Assembly: GCA_048940445.1 (NCBI GenBank) | Contig: JBHLON010000002.1 | Coordinates: 32,001 to 96,000 of the forward strand | DNA length: 64,000 nt | Reading direction: 5' to 3' | DNA from: Promethearchaeota archaeon | GTDB taxonomy: Archaea; Asgardarchaeota; Lokiarchaeia; Sigyniarchaeales; SOKP01 | Part shown: positions 53,572-64,000 of the stretch, piece after piece | Position numbering within the stretch: the stretch's first letter is position 1 | Layout of the letters: each line of letters opens with the position of its first letter | Program-made: the position numbers and the translations under genes | The notes under the pieces: model-generated | The model's input: the letters and a program-made list of their open reading frames with translations, nothing else | Told to the model about the DNA's origin: nothing | The model's database searches: none

Positions 53572-54047
53572 TGGGTGAAGAAAGAAAGAAAAAAGGTCGG
53601 TTAATTGATAACATTCCTCTATTAGACAAAAAAAAAGCAATTAAATTTATTATTTACGGTCTAATTGCTGCAATCTTATTTGGTTTAATAATGATGATTA
53701 GTAGGTCTATTGCTCAAAACGCCTCTGCATGGCAAGCCTTAGCTCTTCAAGATAATAATATGGCATATTGGAATGGAGAATATGGTTATAGTGATTTCGT
53801 TCACAGGCAACAAGAGATTTATAGAATAAGCGATTGGATGGCCTTTCAAGATGTAATCTTCGTGAATATAGCTAGAGTTGGAGTAAATATTGCATTGGTT
53901 TTTATGCTTGTTGGTTTTTTAAGTCTAGGTGTTTCTGAAAACATTGACGAAAGAGCAAGGCGAATTTATTTGATTATTTCAGGTCTAATCTTATTTGTAA
54001 TAATGTTTACGACTTTTTTCGCCTCAATTAGCATTTCAGTGTCATAG
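53571..54047 (+). CDS. Hypothetical 3-TM membrane protein
   Basis: Three hydrophobic segments; start overlaps the upstream stop. Confidence 0.7.
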   Translation: MGEERKKKGRLIDNIPLLDKKKAIKFIIYGLIAAILFGLIMMISRSIAQNASAWQALALQDNNMAYWNGEYGYSDFVHRQQEIYRISDWMAFQDVIFVNIARVGVNIALVFMLVGFLSLGVSENIDERARRIYLIISGLILFVIMFTTFFASISISVS

Positions 54048-54436
54048 ACTAATTCTAAATCTTTTTTTTTAATTTTGAAATTCGTAAAACGTATGTTTCA
54101 CGGCTATTCAATAATATCTGGATCATATTTCGGTATTTTAAAGGTATAATCTTCGTAATATTTAGCGCTTATTATTACAATCAAATTATATAGAATCGAA
54201 TATGATAAGGGTGTTGGAACTATTAATGAATTAATCTGGACTTCTATAAAACCAACTATTGAAGGAATTTTTGAAAAAATACAATGCTGTTTAGAAAATT
54301 ACACGGATGAAACAAGAGATCAACAAGCACATGAAATTGAAGATTATGCTAAACTAATCCATGAAATGTTAAAATATGCTGAAACTTTTTAGACTCTTTT
54401 TTATTGTTTTGTCTACTATTCTAGTGGTCAAAGTAA

Positions 54437-54568
54437 TGGTTACTAACTGGAGCTTTAAATGTTGAAATAGGTTTAAAAGTATTATGGTCGATTTTCCCTG
54501 CCTTAGCGTGTTTATTAGCATTTATCTTCATGTCGTTCTTCAAATTGAATCACCAGAAGAAAAATTAA
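54437..54568 (+). pseudogene. Probable C-terminal remnant of an MFS (GPH-type) transporter
   Basis: WLLTGALNVEIGLKVLWSIFPALACLLAFIFMSFFKL resembles the last TM of GPH transporters; preceded by an in-frame stop. Confidence 0.45.
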
Positions 54569-54800
54569 AGAAAAATTGCTAAATTTTTTTTCCATGTTTT
54601 TCTCTCCATTTATGTCCAATATATAGAAAGAAATAATAAACTTTTAGACTTATTTCAATTAAATTTGAGTAATAGAATATTACAATTTTCTTGGTAGTTG
54701 TTATAAGAAGTAAATTGAAACTTTAAAATCTTGATAGCCTTAAATTTAGTTAATGTTTAACAAATTTTAATTTAATAATTATAATGAAGTAAAATTAGAC

Positions 54801-57311
54801 ATGAGTCAAACAAATAAAAATTTAGATAAAAGAGAAAGACCACAGAAATTTCAAGTAGCCGAATCTCATATTTTGTCTAAACGATCGAAATGGTTAAGAG
54901 ATTATTTCTATAAGGGAAGGGAAAGAGAGTGGAATAATCAATTTATGCCTTTTACTACTGGAACTGAATGGGATATCAATTGGCATGAGGGAGATTGGTA
55001 TATTAATCCAGAAGTATATTTCTTTATACAAGTATTAGGTAAAAAAGATAAAGGAGTCTTTGCATCATCATATAGGTCAATGGCTGTTCCGATTAAGTTG
55101 CCTTCCAATTTCTGGGATTTATCTATTCCAGAGAGAAGAATTTTATTTCTTGAAGAAGTAATGTTGAATTACATCCCGCAAGAGATTATTTCTGAGAATG
55201 ATTTGATTGCGGGAGGACGATTTAATACTCAATTATCCAAATGTTTCAATAAAAAAGAATTTAAAAAATACTGGAAATGGAATATTAGAAACCGAGAAGC
55301 AAACTTTAAGTTTCATTATTCTGGATTTGGAAATGTGGGTGCTGCTCCTGGACATCTTATACCTGACTATAAGACAGTAATACAAAAAGGCTTTAAATAT
55401 ATCCACGATAAAACAAAAAATAGATATGAGAGATTAACCGAAAGAGAAAAGAAAGAATTAAAAGGAAAAGAACTTCGAGGGATTTTGATGGCAACAGAAA
55501 TTCCTAAAAAGCTAGCTCAAAAATATGTTGAAGAGTGTAGAAGATTAAAAGCCGAATCTCCTTCTTCTGAGCGTAGCCAAGAGTTAGAATGGATGGCACA
55601 GAATTTAGAAAAAGTCCCTTGGAAACCCGCAGAGACTTTTTGGGAAGCCCTCCAGTCCTTATGGTTAACCCATTTATTATTGATGGCTGAAGAGTCTTAC
55701 CCCGGAGCAGGATTATCATTTGGTAGAATGGATCAATATTTATGGCCCTACTATAAAAAAGATGTGATAGACGATAAGTTAATAACAAAAGATTTCGCGA
55801 AGGAACTTCTTAGTAGTTTTTGGTTCCATTGTAATACCGCTTACGATGCAATGATACGGTTAGGTAAACAAGGAATAACTTCAGCATACGGACAATTATT
55901 AACACTTTCAGGATGTGGACCTAACGGTGAAGATCTAACAAATGAACTTACCTACACAATTTTAGAGGTAATAGATGAATGGTACCCAAGTTTAGAGCCA
56001 AAACCTAATGTTAAGTTGCACCGAAATACTCCAGATAAGTTTCTTAATACAATAATAGATATGATTTCTCGCGCGCAAGGCGCACCGTTTCTTATCAATT
56101 TTGATGAAAGAAGTATGGCAGGTTTAACTGCTGAAGGAGTTCCCAGAGAAGATGTGTGGAATTATGCTTGTGTAGGTTGCCTTGAAAATACCATGCAAGG
56201 TAATGATCGTTCTGGAACAGTAAACTGTAATCCAAATCTTGTTAAATCAATAGAATTAACATTGTGGAATGGTAAAAATATGCCTGGGAATATTAGAGCA
56301 ACTAAAGAAGGTGAACAAATAGGCCCAAAAACAGGAATTCCAGAAAAATTTGAAATCTGGGAGGAGTTTTGGAATGCTTGGAAAAAACAGATAGAATTTC
56401 TAATTAAATATATGGTTGATGTTTATAATCAAGATGAAAATATTGCAGCTAAGCTTATGCCAACTCCTTTATTATCTTCAATTGTGCGAGGATGCATAGA
56501 AAAAGGTCTAGATATAAGACAAGGAGGTCCTGAGTATCGTTATGTTACTGTTAATGGAGTTGGTTTTGCAACTTTAGTAGATTCTTTACTAGCCATTAAA
56601 AAATTAATTTATGATGAGAAGAGATATACAATAAGTCAATTAAAGGATGCAATTATGAATAATTTTGAAGGATCTGAATATGAAAAAATGAGAATCTTCT
56701 TAAAAAATAAGGTTCCCAAATTTGGAAATGATATTGATGAAGCTGATAATTTTGCAAAGAAGATAATGAAAATTTGGGCGGATGAATGCTGGAAATACAA
56801 AACTCTTAATAATTTTCAGTATCGTCCTGGAATGCTCTCATGGAACTACTGGGCAGGAGAAGATGCGAGTTTAACAATTGCCACACCCAATGGTAGAAAG
56901 AAAGGAACCTTTTTGTCTAATGCGATTTGTCCAACAAGCGGAGCAGATATAGAAGGTCCTACCTCAGTTACTAACTCAGTAGGAAAAGCTTTGGGAGGCA
57001 AAACTGAAAAAGGTGAATTCATTAATTACCTACCAAATGGTTCAAGTCAAACAATTACATTTAATCCTAGTATTTTAAGAGATCCTGAGAATAAAGAAAA
57101 GTTTAAGTCATATTTAAAGAGTTACGTTGAAAATGGAGGTACGTGTTTACAAGTTAATATGTTAGATGCAGAAATGTTAAAAGACGCTCAATCAAACCCA
57201 GATAATTATAAGAATCTCTTAGTCCGGGTAACTGGTTATAATGCCTATTTTACAGCAATAGGGAAAGAACTTCAAGATGAGATTATAGCAAGAGAATGTC
57301 ATAAAATGTAA
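54801..57311 (+). CDS. Glycyl radical enzyme, eliminase-type, substrate unknown
   Basis: SFGRMDQYL, ACVGCLE (CxE), PKFGND, ATPNGR, LVRVTGYNAYF glycyl loop. Confidence 0.9.
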   Translation: MSQTNKNLDKRERPQKFQVAESHILSKRSKWLRDYFYKGREREWNNQFMPFTTGTEWDINWHEGDWYINPEVYFFIQVLGKKDKGVFASSYRSMAVPIKLPSNFWDLSIPERRILFLEEVMLNYIPQEIISENDLIAGGRFNTQLSKCFNKKEFKKYWKWNIRNREANFKFHYSGFGNVGAAPGHLIPDYKTVIQKGFKYIHDKTKNRYERLTEREKKELKGKELRGILMATEIPKKLAQKYVEECRRLKAESPSSERSQELEWMAQNLEKVPWKPAETFWEALQSLWLTHLLLMAEESYPGAGLSFGRMDQYLWPYYKKDVIDDKLITKDFAKELLSSFWFHCNTAYDAMIRLGKQGITSAYGQLLTLSGCGPNGEDLTNELTYTILEVIDEWYPSLEPKPNVKLHRNTPDKFLNTIIDMISRAQGAPFLINFDERSMAGLTAEGVPREDVWNYACVGCLENTMQGNDRSGTVNCNPNLVKSIELTLWNGKNMPGNIRATKEGEQIGPKTGIPEKFEIWEEFWNAWKKQIEFLIKYMVDVYNQDENIAAKLMPTPLLSSIVRGCIEKGLDIRQGGPEYRYVTVNGVGFATLVDSLLAIKKLIYDEKRYTISQLKDAIMNNFEGSEYEKMRIFLKNKVPKFGNDIDEADNFAKKIMKIWADECWKYKTLNNFQYRPGMLSWNYWAGEDASLTIATPNGRKKGTFLSNAICPTSGADIEGPTSVTNSVGKALGGKTEKGEFINYLPNGSSQTITFNPSILRDPENKEKFKSYLKSYVENGGTCLQVNMLDAEMLKDAQSNPDNYKNLLVRVTGYNAYFTAIGKELQDEIIARECHKM

Positions 57312-57347
57312 TTTTACTTTTTAAAAATTATTTATTAGGTAAGAAAT

Positions 57348-58307
57348 ATGGTGGAATCAGATAAGGGATTGATCTTTGAAATTCAGAAAATGTCTACTGA
57401 AGATGGTCCCGGCATTAGAACTACAGTCTTTTTCAAACAATGTCCATTAAGATGTATCTGGTGCCACAATCCTGAATCTATTTTAAAGATTCCTCAATTG
57501 GAATGGATAGAACACAAATGTATCGGTTGTAAAACTTGTATAGAAACATGTAAACAGAATGCATTGACGCTAGATCAAGAAGGGATGCATATTGACAGGG
57601 ATAAGTGTATAAGTTGTGGTGATTGTGTGAAGGAGTGCCCTAGTACAGCACTCCACATGTTTGGAGAGTGGTGGAATATAAACGATTTATATCATGAAAT
57701 CCAAAAAGATAAAGTATATTATCAGCAATCAAAAGGAGGTATTACGGCATCCGGTGGAGAACCTACCCTTCAATCTGATTTTCTTTTGAAATTTCTAAAA
57801 AAGTGTAAAGAAAACGATATTTCAACAGCATTGGACACGTGTGGATTCGTTAATAGAAACACATTAGAAAAATTATTACCTTTTGTTGACCTAGTTTTAT
57901 TAGATATCAAAGAAATCAATTCTGAGAAACACAAAGAATTCACAGGAGTTAGTAATAAACTTATCTTAGAAAATGCTGAGTGGATTGTCGATTATGTTAA
58001 GTGTAATCAAAAGAAGATATGGATTCGTACTCCCATTATCCCAAATTATACCGCTACAGAAGAAAATGTTGAAGGAATAGGAAACTTTATTGTAAAAAAA
58101 TTAAATAATATACCTGAACGTTGGGATTTATTGGCTTTTAATAACTTATGTACTGCTAAATATGAACGTTTAGATATGAATTGGTCATTGAAAGGTACTA
58201 AATTAATGACTAAAGCTGAAATTGAATTTCTTTATCATATTGCAATAGATACAGGAGTAAAAAATGTCCAATGGTCGGGTTTAACACAAATAGAAGAAAA
58301 AAATTAA
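57348..58307 (+). CDS. Glycyl-radical activating enzyme (radical SAM with ferredoxin insert)
   Basis: DGPGIRTTVF, CPLRCIWCHNPES, CIGCKTC and CISCGDC, SGGEP. Confidence 0.92.
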   Translation: MVESDKGLIFEIQKMSTEDGPGIRTTVFFKQCPLRCIWCHNPESILKIPQLEWIEHKCIGCKTCIETCKQNALTLDQEGMHIDRDKCISCGDCVKECPSTALHMFGEWWNINDLYHEIQKDKVYYQQSKGGITASGGEPTLQSDFLLKFLKKCKENDISTALDTCGFVNRNTLEKLLPFVDLVLLDIKEINSEKHKEFTGVSNKLILENAEWIVDYVKCNQKKIWIRTPIIPNYTATEENVEGIGNFIVKKLNNIPERWDLLAFNNLCTAKYERLDMNWSLKGTKLMTKAEIEFLYHIAIDTGVKNVQWSGLTQIEEKN

Positions 58308-58342
58308 AAAATCTCAATATAATTAAAAAAACAAGGGTGTGA

Positions 58343-59236
58343 TTGAAATTGGGTAAGAAAAAAGAACCAATAAAATGGTATACGGAATTTTCAGAAGATA
58401 TGATTAAATTTACAGAACCTGTTATGATGGTTAAATTATTGGGAACAATAGATTCTCGAGGTTGGCCTCATTTAACTGTAATTACTTCAAATGCGGCACG
58501 GGGTAAGAATTTGGTGGTGTGGGGCGAAATGACTAGTGGGATGAGTAATAAGAATATTAAAAGTAATCCAAAACAAGGTGTGTTCTATATGACAGCAGAA
58601 ATGCCTTTTAAATTTATCCAAGCTAAAATTAAGTATACCCATTCAAGATCAGATGGTGAAGATTTAGCTTTTTTTAATAGATCTGAATTAATGCGTTATT
58701 TGACCTATATTAACATTTATAAGGCTCATTATAATGAAGTTTACGCGGTAAGTCCAATAAGAAATCTACCTTTAATCGGGATAATCAAAGGAATCTTGAA
58801 AGATATCATCGGAAAAAGAGGAGCAAAAACTAAATTAAATGAAAAGAGATTAAATCCTATTGGATATAAGCTATTCACAAACATGATTGGTGTTAGAGCA
58901 ATCTCCTATGTTGACCCATCTGATGGATATCCTATTATCATTCCATGTATCCCATTACAAGCAGCAGATCATAATCGTCTGGTATTTCCTATAGGGACTG
59001 CTTTAAAACATGATTTACTTGCCATTCCCTATCAGACAAAATTAGCCATTCTTGCTTCAAACTTTGATATGGCATACCAAGTTGTAAAAGGAACTTATAC
59101 TGGAATTCATAGGGTTCGAGGAATAAAGTTTGGAGTAGTTGAAATCGAAGAAATATACAATGGAAGTCCACCTATAATAGGAAAAATTTACCCTGAGATT
59201 GAAGTTTTACCAAAGATCACAGAATTTAAACTTTAA
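58343..59236 (+). CDS. Tandem pyridoxamine-5'-phosphate-oxidase-like (split-barrel flavin-binding) protein
   Basis: LGTIDSRGWPHLT...NIKSNPK and second ISYVDPSDGYP repeat. Confidence 0.65.
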   Translation: MKLGKKKEPIKWYTEFSEDMIKFTEPVMMVKLLGTIDSRGWPHLTVITSNAARGKNLVVWGEMTSGMSNKNIKSNPKQGVFYMTAEMPFKFIQAKIKYTHSRSDGEDLAFFNRSELMRYLTYINIYKAHYNEVYAVSPIRNLPLIGIIKGILKDIIGKRGAKTKLNEKRLNPIGYKLFTNMIGVRAISYVDPSDGYPIIIPCIPLQAADHNRLVFPIGTALKHDLLAIPYQTKLAILASNFDMAYQVVKGTYTGIHRVRGIKFGVVEIEEIYNGSPPIIGKIYPEIEVLPKITEFKL

Positions 59237-59335
59237 ATCTAATAATTAAAAAATAAATTGAAAACCTTATTTTGGATTTTAATTTTTTCTATTTAAAATT
59301 TAATTATTAAGCTGTGTATTTTTTCGGTATCGATA

Positions 59336-59509
59336 ATGAGCGAAAAAATGAACATATTGTTTTTTATTACTGATCTACATCGAACTGATATGTTGGGTTT
59401 TATTCCAGAGGATCTATATAGTATTAAATTTGTAGAAGAAAATACGATAAATTTTCTTGAAAGATACTCGGATGGAAAATATGAAGAAAAACCTTATTGC
59501 ACGAAGTAG
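59336..59509 (+). pseudogene. Internally deleted sulfatase remnant
   Basis: 57-aa ORF: MNILFFITDLHRTDMLG (sulfatase N-terminus) joined directly to YSIKFVEENTINFLE...EKPY (mid-sulfatase KPF region); CxPxR missing. Confidence 0.7.
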
Positions 59510-59589
59510 ACTTTCCAAGAGAGAAGGAGCTACATGAATGAGTAGAGAAGTTTTAATTCTTGGAAAGAAAAAAATTGAATTAATAAATT

Positions 59590-60483
59590 ATGATCTGGAA
59601 AACTAAAATTACCCAAATGTTAGGAATTAAATACCCATTGGTGATGGGAGCATTTGGTGGATGGGGTAAGTCTGATTTTGCCTCAGCATTCTCAAATGCT
59701 GGAGGGCTAGGAGTTATTGCAGCTTTAAATTTTCCAGATATAGATGATTTTAAAAATGATATAAAAAAAATGCGATTACTTACAGATAAACCGTTTGCTA
59801 TAAATCTTTCTTTACCACATCATAAGTTCGAGGACACGGAGGAGAATGAGAAAACCAAAAAACGATACTTAGAATATGTTAGAATGGCAATTAATCAGAA
59901 CTGCAAAGTTTTTACGACTTCAGGTTATAAGGCAGACTTTATTGGAAAAAGAGTTCATGAGTCTGGTGCATACTGGTTTCACAAATGTGTTTTAGTTAAA
60001 CATGCACTTTCTGCTGAAAATCAAGGTGCTGATGCAGTAACATTGGTAGGTTTGGAGGGTACTGGTTTTAAAAATCCTCTGTCACATAGTACATTAGTAA
60101 ATATAACTATGGCAAAAAGATTGCTAAATATTCCCATTATTGCTGCTGGGGGGATAGGTGATACGAGGGGATTTTTAGCTGCTCTAGCTATGGGGGCTGA
60201 TGCAATTTGTCTTGGAACAGCACTAATGGCAACTATAGAATGCCCTGTACCTCAAAAGATCAAAGAAAAATGGATTAATCTTGACATTTTTAATGAGGAT
60301 TTTTATCAAAAAATTTATCATTATAATCTTAAGAATTTTATGGCACCATCAACCGCAATAGGGCATTTTGAAAAAGTGGTTCCAATTTCTAAGTTTATCC
60401 TTGATCTTATAATTAATTCGGAAAATATTCTAAATTTATGGGGATTTAATAATAATCAATTTAATTCAACGGATTTTTATTAG
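59590..60483 (+). CDS. Nitronate monooxygenase/FabK-like FMN oxidoreductase
   Basis: TKITQMLGIKYP, SNAGGLG, TDKPFAIN, IPIIAAGGIGD, ALAMGAD. Confidence 0.85.
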   Translation: MIWKTKITQMLGIKYPLVMGAFGGWGKSDFASAFSNAGGLGVIAALNFPDIDDFKNDIKKMRLLTDKPFAINLSLPHHKFEDTEENEKTKKRYLEYVRMAINQNCKVFTTSGYKADFIGKRVHESGAYWFHKCVLVKHALSAENQGADAVTLVGLEGTGFKNPLSHSTLVNITMAKRLLNIPIIAAGGIGDTRGFLAALAMGADAICLGTALMATIECPVPQKIKEKWINLDIFNEDFYQKIYHYNLKNFMAPSTAIGHFEKVVPISKFILDLIINSENILNLWGFNNNQFNSTDFY

Positions 60484-60690
60484 TATTATTAATGGATATT
60501 CCGATCTAATAAGAATTAAATCAATATACAATTCGACCTCATTTATTATACATCAATTGATATTATATTTATATTCGTAAAATTAAATTCTTTAATTCTT
60601 TCACAAAATTCAAAATATTTAAAGGATTTAGGCAAATAGATAGAATATATTTTGTAAACTAATTTTAAAAAATCTAAAAAATAATAAAAT

Positions 60691-62790
60691 GTGAATAATA
60701 TGTCTGAGACATTTATACTAGTTGCATTAATTGCTGGAATCGTATCTATTTTACTAGCAGCTTACTTTGCGTGGATCGTTTTAAGAAAAGATTCTGGGAA
60801 TGAACGAATGATTGAAGTCTCAGGATACATCGAGAAAGGAGCAAAAACATTTATCAAAGTTCAATATAAGGTATTAGCTGTTTTTGTGATATGTTTAGCA
60901 TTAATAATTTTGTTTTTTATCCAATCACCCCGTGGTTCTGTTGTAAATTGGGAACAATCAATTGCCTATGTTATCGGATCTATAGCTTCTATGTTAGCTG
61001 GTTGGATGGGTATGTATGTAGGTGTAAAAGCAAATACTAGATCCGCTCAAGCATGTACTAAAGGAATTAAAGCAGGTTTTGATGTGGCATTTTTTGGTGG
61101 AGCATTTATGGGATTAGCTGTTGTAGGTTCGGCTCTAATTGGTATCTCAATTATCTATTTAATATTCCAAAATGCATTTGTAGTTTTAGGATTTAGCTTT
61201 GGAGCAAGTAGTATTGCCTTATTTATGAAATGTGGTGGTGGAATCTACACTAAAACAGCAGATGTAGGTGCCGATTTAGTGGGAAAAGCAGAGTATAATC
61301 TTCCAGAAGATGATCCGAGAAATCCTGCAACCATTGCTGATAATGTAGGTGATAATGTTGGCGATATAGCTGGTATGGGATCAGATTTGTTCGATTCATA
61401 TGTGGCATCTATTCTAGCAGCCATGATACTTGCAACATTATTAATTCCTATTACTGAACAGTCGACTTTTATTTTGTACCCACTTGTATTCTCTGGTGTA
61501 GGATTGATTTCCTCTGTAATTAGTATCTACTTAATAAAGTGGAAAGGTTCAGAGGATCCAGGTAAATCACTGAATAGAGGGACCTATGCTGCAACCCTTA
61601 TTTTTGCTGGATTAGCGGCATTATTTGCTTTATTTATGTCATTTGGAGTTTCTGGAGAGTTTATCGCAAAAATATGGAAAAATTATTTTGCAACTCTTTT
61701 TGGACTTGGGAGTGGTATATTGATTGGTTTTACAAGCGATTATTTTACACGGGATGATAGGAAACCTACTCACAATATAGCAGAATCAGCCAAAGAAGGG
61801 CATGCTGTTGTAATTCTTTCTGGTTTTGCATATGGTCTTATAAGTGTTGCTCCTGCTGCAATAGGTATTGTAGTAGCTATGGTTTTTTCTTTCCTTTTAG
61901 ATGGAATATTTGCTATAGCAATGGCTGCAGTTGGAATGCTTTCAATAGTAGGAACAATTGTATCAAACGATGCATATGGCCCAATCGTGGATAATGCTCG
62001 TAGTATTGCCGAACAAGGAGAACTCGGAGAGGATACTATTCGGATCGCTGATAAAATGGATTCGGCTGGAAACACGGCTAAGGCTATAACTAAAGGATTT
62101 GCAATTGGTGCAGCTAACTTAACTGTAATTGCACTATTATTTTCTTATAATGAAGACGCTCAAACCAGACTAATTGACTTGGGCCTCCCTCCTATAAACT
62201 TAAGTCTGTTGAATATTGATGTATTGATCGGAGCATTCATAGGGATAATTGTTCCAGCGTTGTTTTCAGCACTATTAATCCTTGCAGTTCAACGAAATGC
62301 CGCGAAGATGGTTGATGAAATTAGGCGACAATTTGAATCTAACCCGAAAATCCTAACAGGTGAAGAACCTGCTGATTTTACTAAAACCGTGGCCATAGCA
62401 ACTAAAGGTGCCTTGCGAGAATTAATACTTCCAAGTATCATCTCAATTGCTGTTCCATTGGCAGTAGGGTTTCTTTTTGGTGTAGCAGCATTAGGTGCAT
62501 TCCTTGCTGCTTCAATCTTATCTGGTTTCGTATTTGCTATATTCATGGCCAATGCTGGAGGCTCTTGGGACAACGCAAAGAAATGGATCGAAGACGGAAA
62601 TCTTGGTGGTAAAGGTACAAAAGTACATAAGGCTTCTATTACAGGAGATACGGTTGGTGACCCTTTCAAGGATACAGCAGGTCCTAGTATCAACACACTT
62701 CTTGTAGTAATGTCATTGACTGCGACAATCTTCATGCCGTTGTTAATTACGCTCTCTCCTTTCGGTCTGATTATATTCCCAGCTCTATAA
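60691..62790 (+). CDS. hppA: Membrane-bound H+-translocating pyrophosphatase, K+-independent type
   Basis: GGGIYTKTADVGADLVGK, EDDPRNP, DNVGDNVGD, GNTAKA, GDTVGDPFKD. Confidence 0.95.
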   Translation: MNNMSETFILVALIAGIVSILLAAYFAWIVLRKDSGNERMIEVSGYIEKGAKTFIKVQYKVLAVFVICLALIILFFIQSPRGSVVNWEQSIAYVIGSIASMLAGWMGMYVGVKANTRSAQACTKGIKAGFDVAFFGGAFMGLAVVGSALIGISIIYLIFQNAFVVLGFSFGASSIALFMKCGGGIYTKTADVGADLVGKAEYNLPEDDPRNPATIADNVGDNVGDIAGMGSDLFDSYVASILAAMILATLLIPITEQSTFILYPLVFSGVGLISSVISIYLIKWKGSEDPGKSLNRGTYAATLIFAGLAALFALFMSFGVSGEFIAKIWKNYFATLFGLGSGILIGFTSDYFTRDDRKPTHNIAESAKEGHAVVILSGFAYGLISVAPAAIGIVVAMVFSFLLDGIFAIAMAAVGMLSIVGTIVSNDAYGPIVDNARSIAEQGELGEDTIRIADKMDSAGNTAKAITKGFAIGAANLTVIALLFSYNEDAQTRLIDLGLPPINLSLLNIDVLIGAFIGIIVPALFSALLILAVQRNAAKMVDEIRRQFESNPKILTGEEPADFTKTVAIATKGALRELILPSIISIAVPLAVGFLFGVAALGAFLAASILSGFVFAIFMANAGGSWDNAKKWIEDGNLGGKGTKVHKASITGDTVGDPFKDTAGPSINTLLVVMSLTATIFMPLLITLSPFGLIIFPAL

Positions 62791-62948
62791 ATAGCTATCT
62801 TAAATTATCCTTTATTTTTTTAATATAACTTCTATTCTACTCTCCTTTCAATCTTATTTTGGTAAAAAACTTCTAATATCGTCTTTTAATGTTGTCACTT
62901 TAATAGTGAATTTATTTGATAGGACAAGTAAACTTGAGAATAGAAAAA

Positions 62949-63755
62949 TTATTCTTTATCAGATACTATTTTTTGAATTCCCTTTACTTTAAGTATATCT
63001 GCAACACCAGCTACAGGTAGGTTTGCAGGTACCATTATAATTGTGCTTTTTCCTGTTACCGCTGCTTCGTAGATAAGGTTCATCCATCTTAATTCCATCG
63101 CTTTTTCATTCTTTGTATATTCTTCTGCTGCTTCTACCATTTTGAACGATGCTTGTGCTTCAGCTGTAGCTAATGTCACACGTGCTTGACGCTCTCTCTC
63201 TGCTTCAGCTTGTCTAGCCATTGAATCAATTAGATTCTGAGGTAATACAACGTCTCGAACCTCAACACTTGTGACCTTAATACCCCATCGTTCTGTTTTA
63301 GAATCTATTATTTCCTGTAAATGAGTACTTATTTTGTCTCGTTCACTTAGTAGTTCATTAAGTTCTACTTTGCCCATCACTTCTCGCAATGTTGATTGAG
63401 CAGCCCAATTCGTTGCAACTAAATATTCTTCCACTTCTAAAATAGCTTTTTCAGGATCTACAACTTTATAATACATTATTGCATCTACACTTACACTAAC
63501 ATTGTCTTTTGTTAAGGTTTGTTCACTTCTAAACGTGTATGTTAAGATTCTCGTTGAAATTTTCATTGGTATAGTATAAATTCCTCGGAGATACCAAATC
63601 AAGCCTGGTCCTTTTAACCCCTTGTATTTACCAAACTTTAATAATGGAGCCTTTTCCCATTGTTTTATGACCTTAAAGCCACTCACAAACCAGATAAAAA
63701 GGATAAATCCAATAATAGAGATTATAGTATAAATTGCTATTTGTTCTATGGACAT
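62949..63755 (-). CDS. SPFH/stomatin (band 7) protein
   Basis: N-terminal TM, TKDNVSVSVDA, AQSTLR, WGIKVTSVEVRDV, MARQAEAERE. Confidence 0.92.
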   Translation of the reverse strand: MSIEQIAIYTIISIIGFILFIWFVSGFKVIKQWEKAPLLKFGKYKGLKGPGLIWYLRGIYTIPMKISTRILTYTFRSEQTLTKDNVSVSVDAIMYYKVVDPEKAILEVEEYLVATNWAAQSTLREVMGKVELNELLSERDKISTHLQEIIDSKTERWGIKVTSVEVRDVVLPQNLIDSMARQAEAERERQARVTLATAEAQASFKMVEAAEEYTKNEKAMELRWMNLIYEAAVTGKSTIIMVPANLPVAGVADILKVKGIQKIVSDKE

Positions 63756-63933
63756 AACAATTCCTCTTATTTTTTTTGATTATAATTCTAGCTAGACATA
63801 GTAAATTCAATTAAAAAATGTAGTTCTAACAAATCCTAGAAAAATCTGATTTCTTACTATATCTATATAAACTCAAATACATTTTATATTGTAATCTATA
63901 AACAAGAGATTGAAATTCAAATACTTCGATAAA

Positions 63934-64000
63934 ATGAACGTATTATTAGAAACAAAAGATATAAAAGTACTTCTAGATGCAATAGAGAGTAATTTAGACG
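63934..64000 (+). CDS. 5' start of an ORF running off the window
   Basis: ATG 63934 (or TTG 63910) MNVLLETKDIKVLLDAIESNLD, open to the edge. Confidence 0.4.
   Translation, partial: MNVLLETKDIKVLLDAIESNLD

Noticed and set aside
54190-54390. Coding-like stretch RIEYDKGVGTINELIWTSIKPTIEG...
   Set aside because: No start codon or recognisable family; possibly another gene fossil but unsupported

Overview
AT-rich (roughly 30% GC by eye) archaeal chromosomal segment, most likely from an Asgard archaeon of the Lokiarchaeia type. The taxonomy is inferred from gene content: gelsolin-domain protein, Rab-like and MglA-like GTPases, a longin/NPRL2-like protein, vWA-RING proteins, Orc1/Cdc6, XerA and HdrABC-MvhD. 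About 60 CDSs are present. No rRNA, tRNA, CRISPR array or intact IS element was seen. Main finding: purA (minus strand, 40513-41853) is split inside its catalytic GDEGKGK P-loop by a 30-nt, stop-containing insertion (41775-41804). The insertion folds into a bulge-helix-bulge/loop motif whose predicted tRNA-splicing-endonuclease cut sites exactly restore the motif, making it a candidate mRNA intron. Other notable items: a stand-alone ~120-nt structured ncRNA with its own TATA box and U-tract (6675-6805, minus); a dif-like site directly upstream of xerA, next to cdc6; two SD-preceded CTG starts (hdrA-mvhD and a GNAT); a tandem pair resembling TFIIH p44/Ssl1 (vWA + RING); an IFT52/GIFT-like protein; a gelsolin / scramblase-like / PssA neighbourhood; an unassigned glycyl radical enzyme locus flanked by MFS and sulfatase remnants; and gene fossils missed by the ORF track (MBL copy, tryptophanase, sulfatase, MFS). 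All family calls come from reading motifs by eye; no database searches were run.
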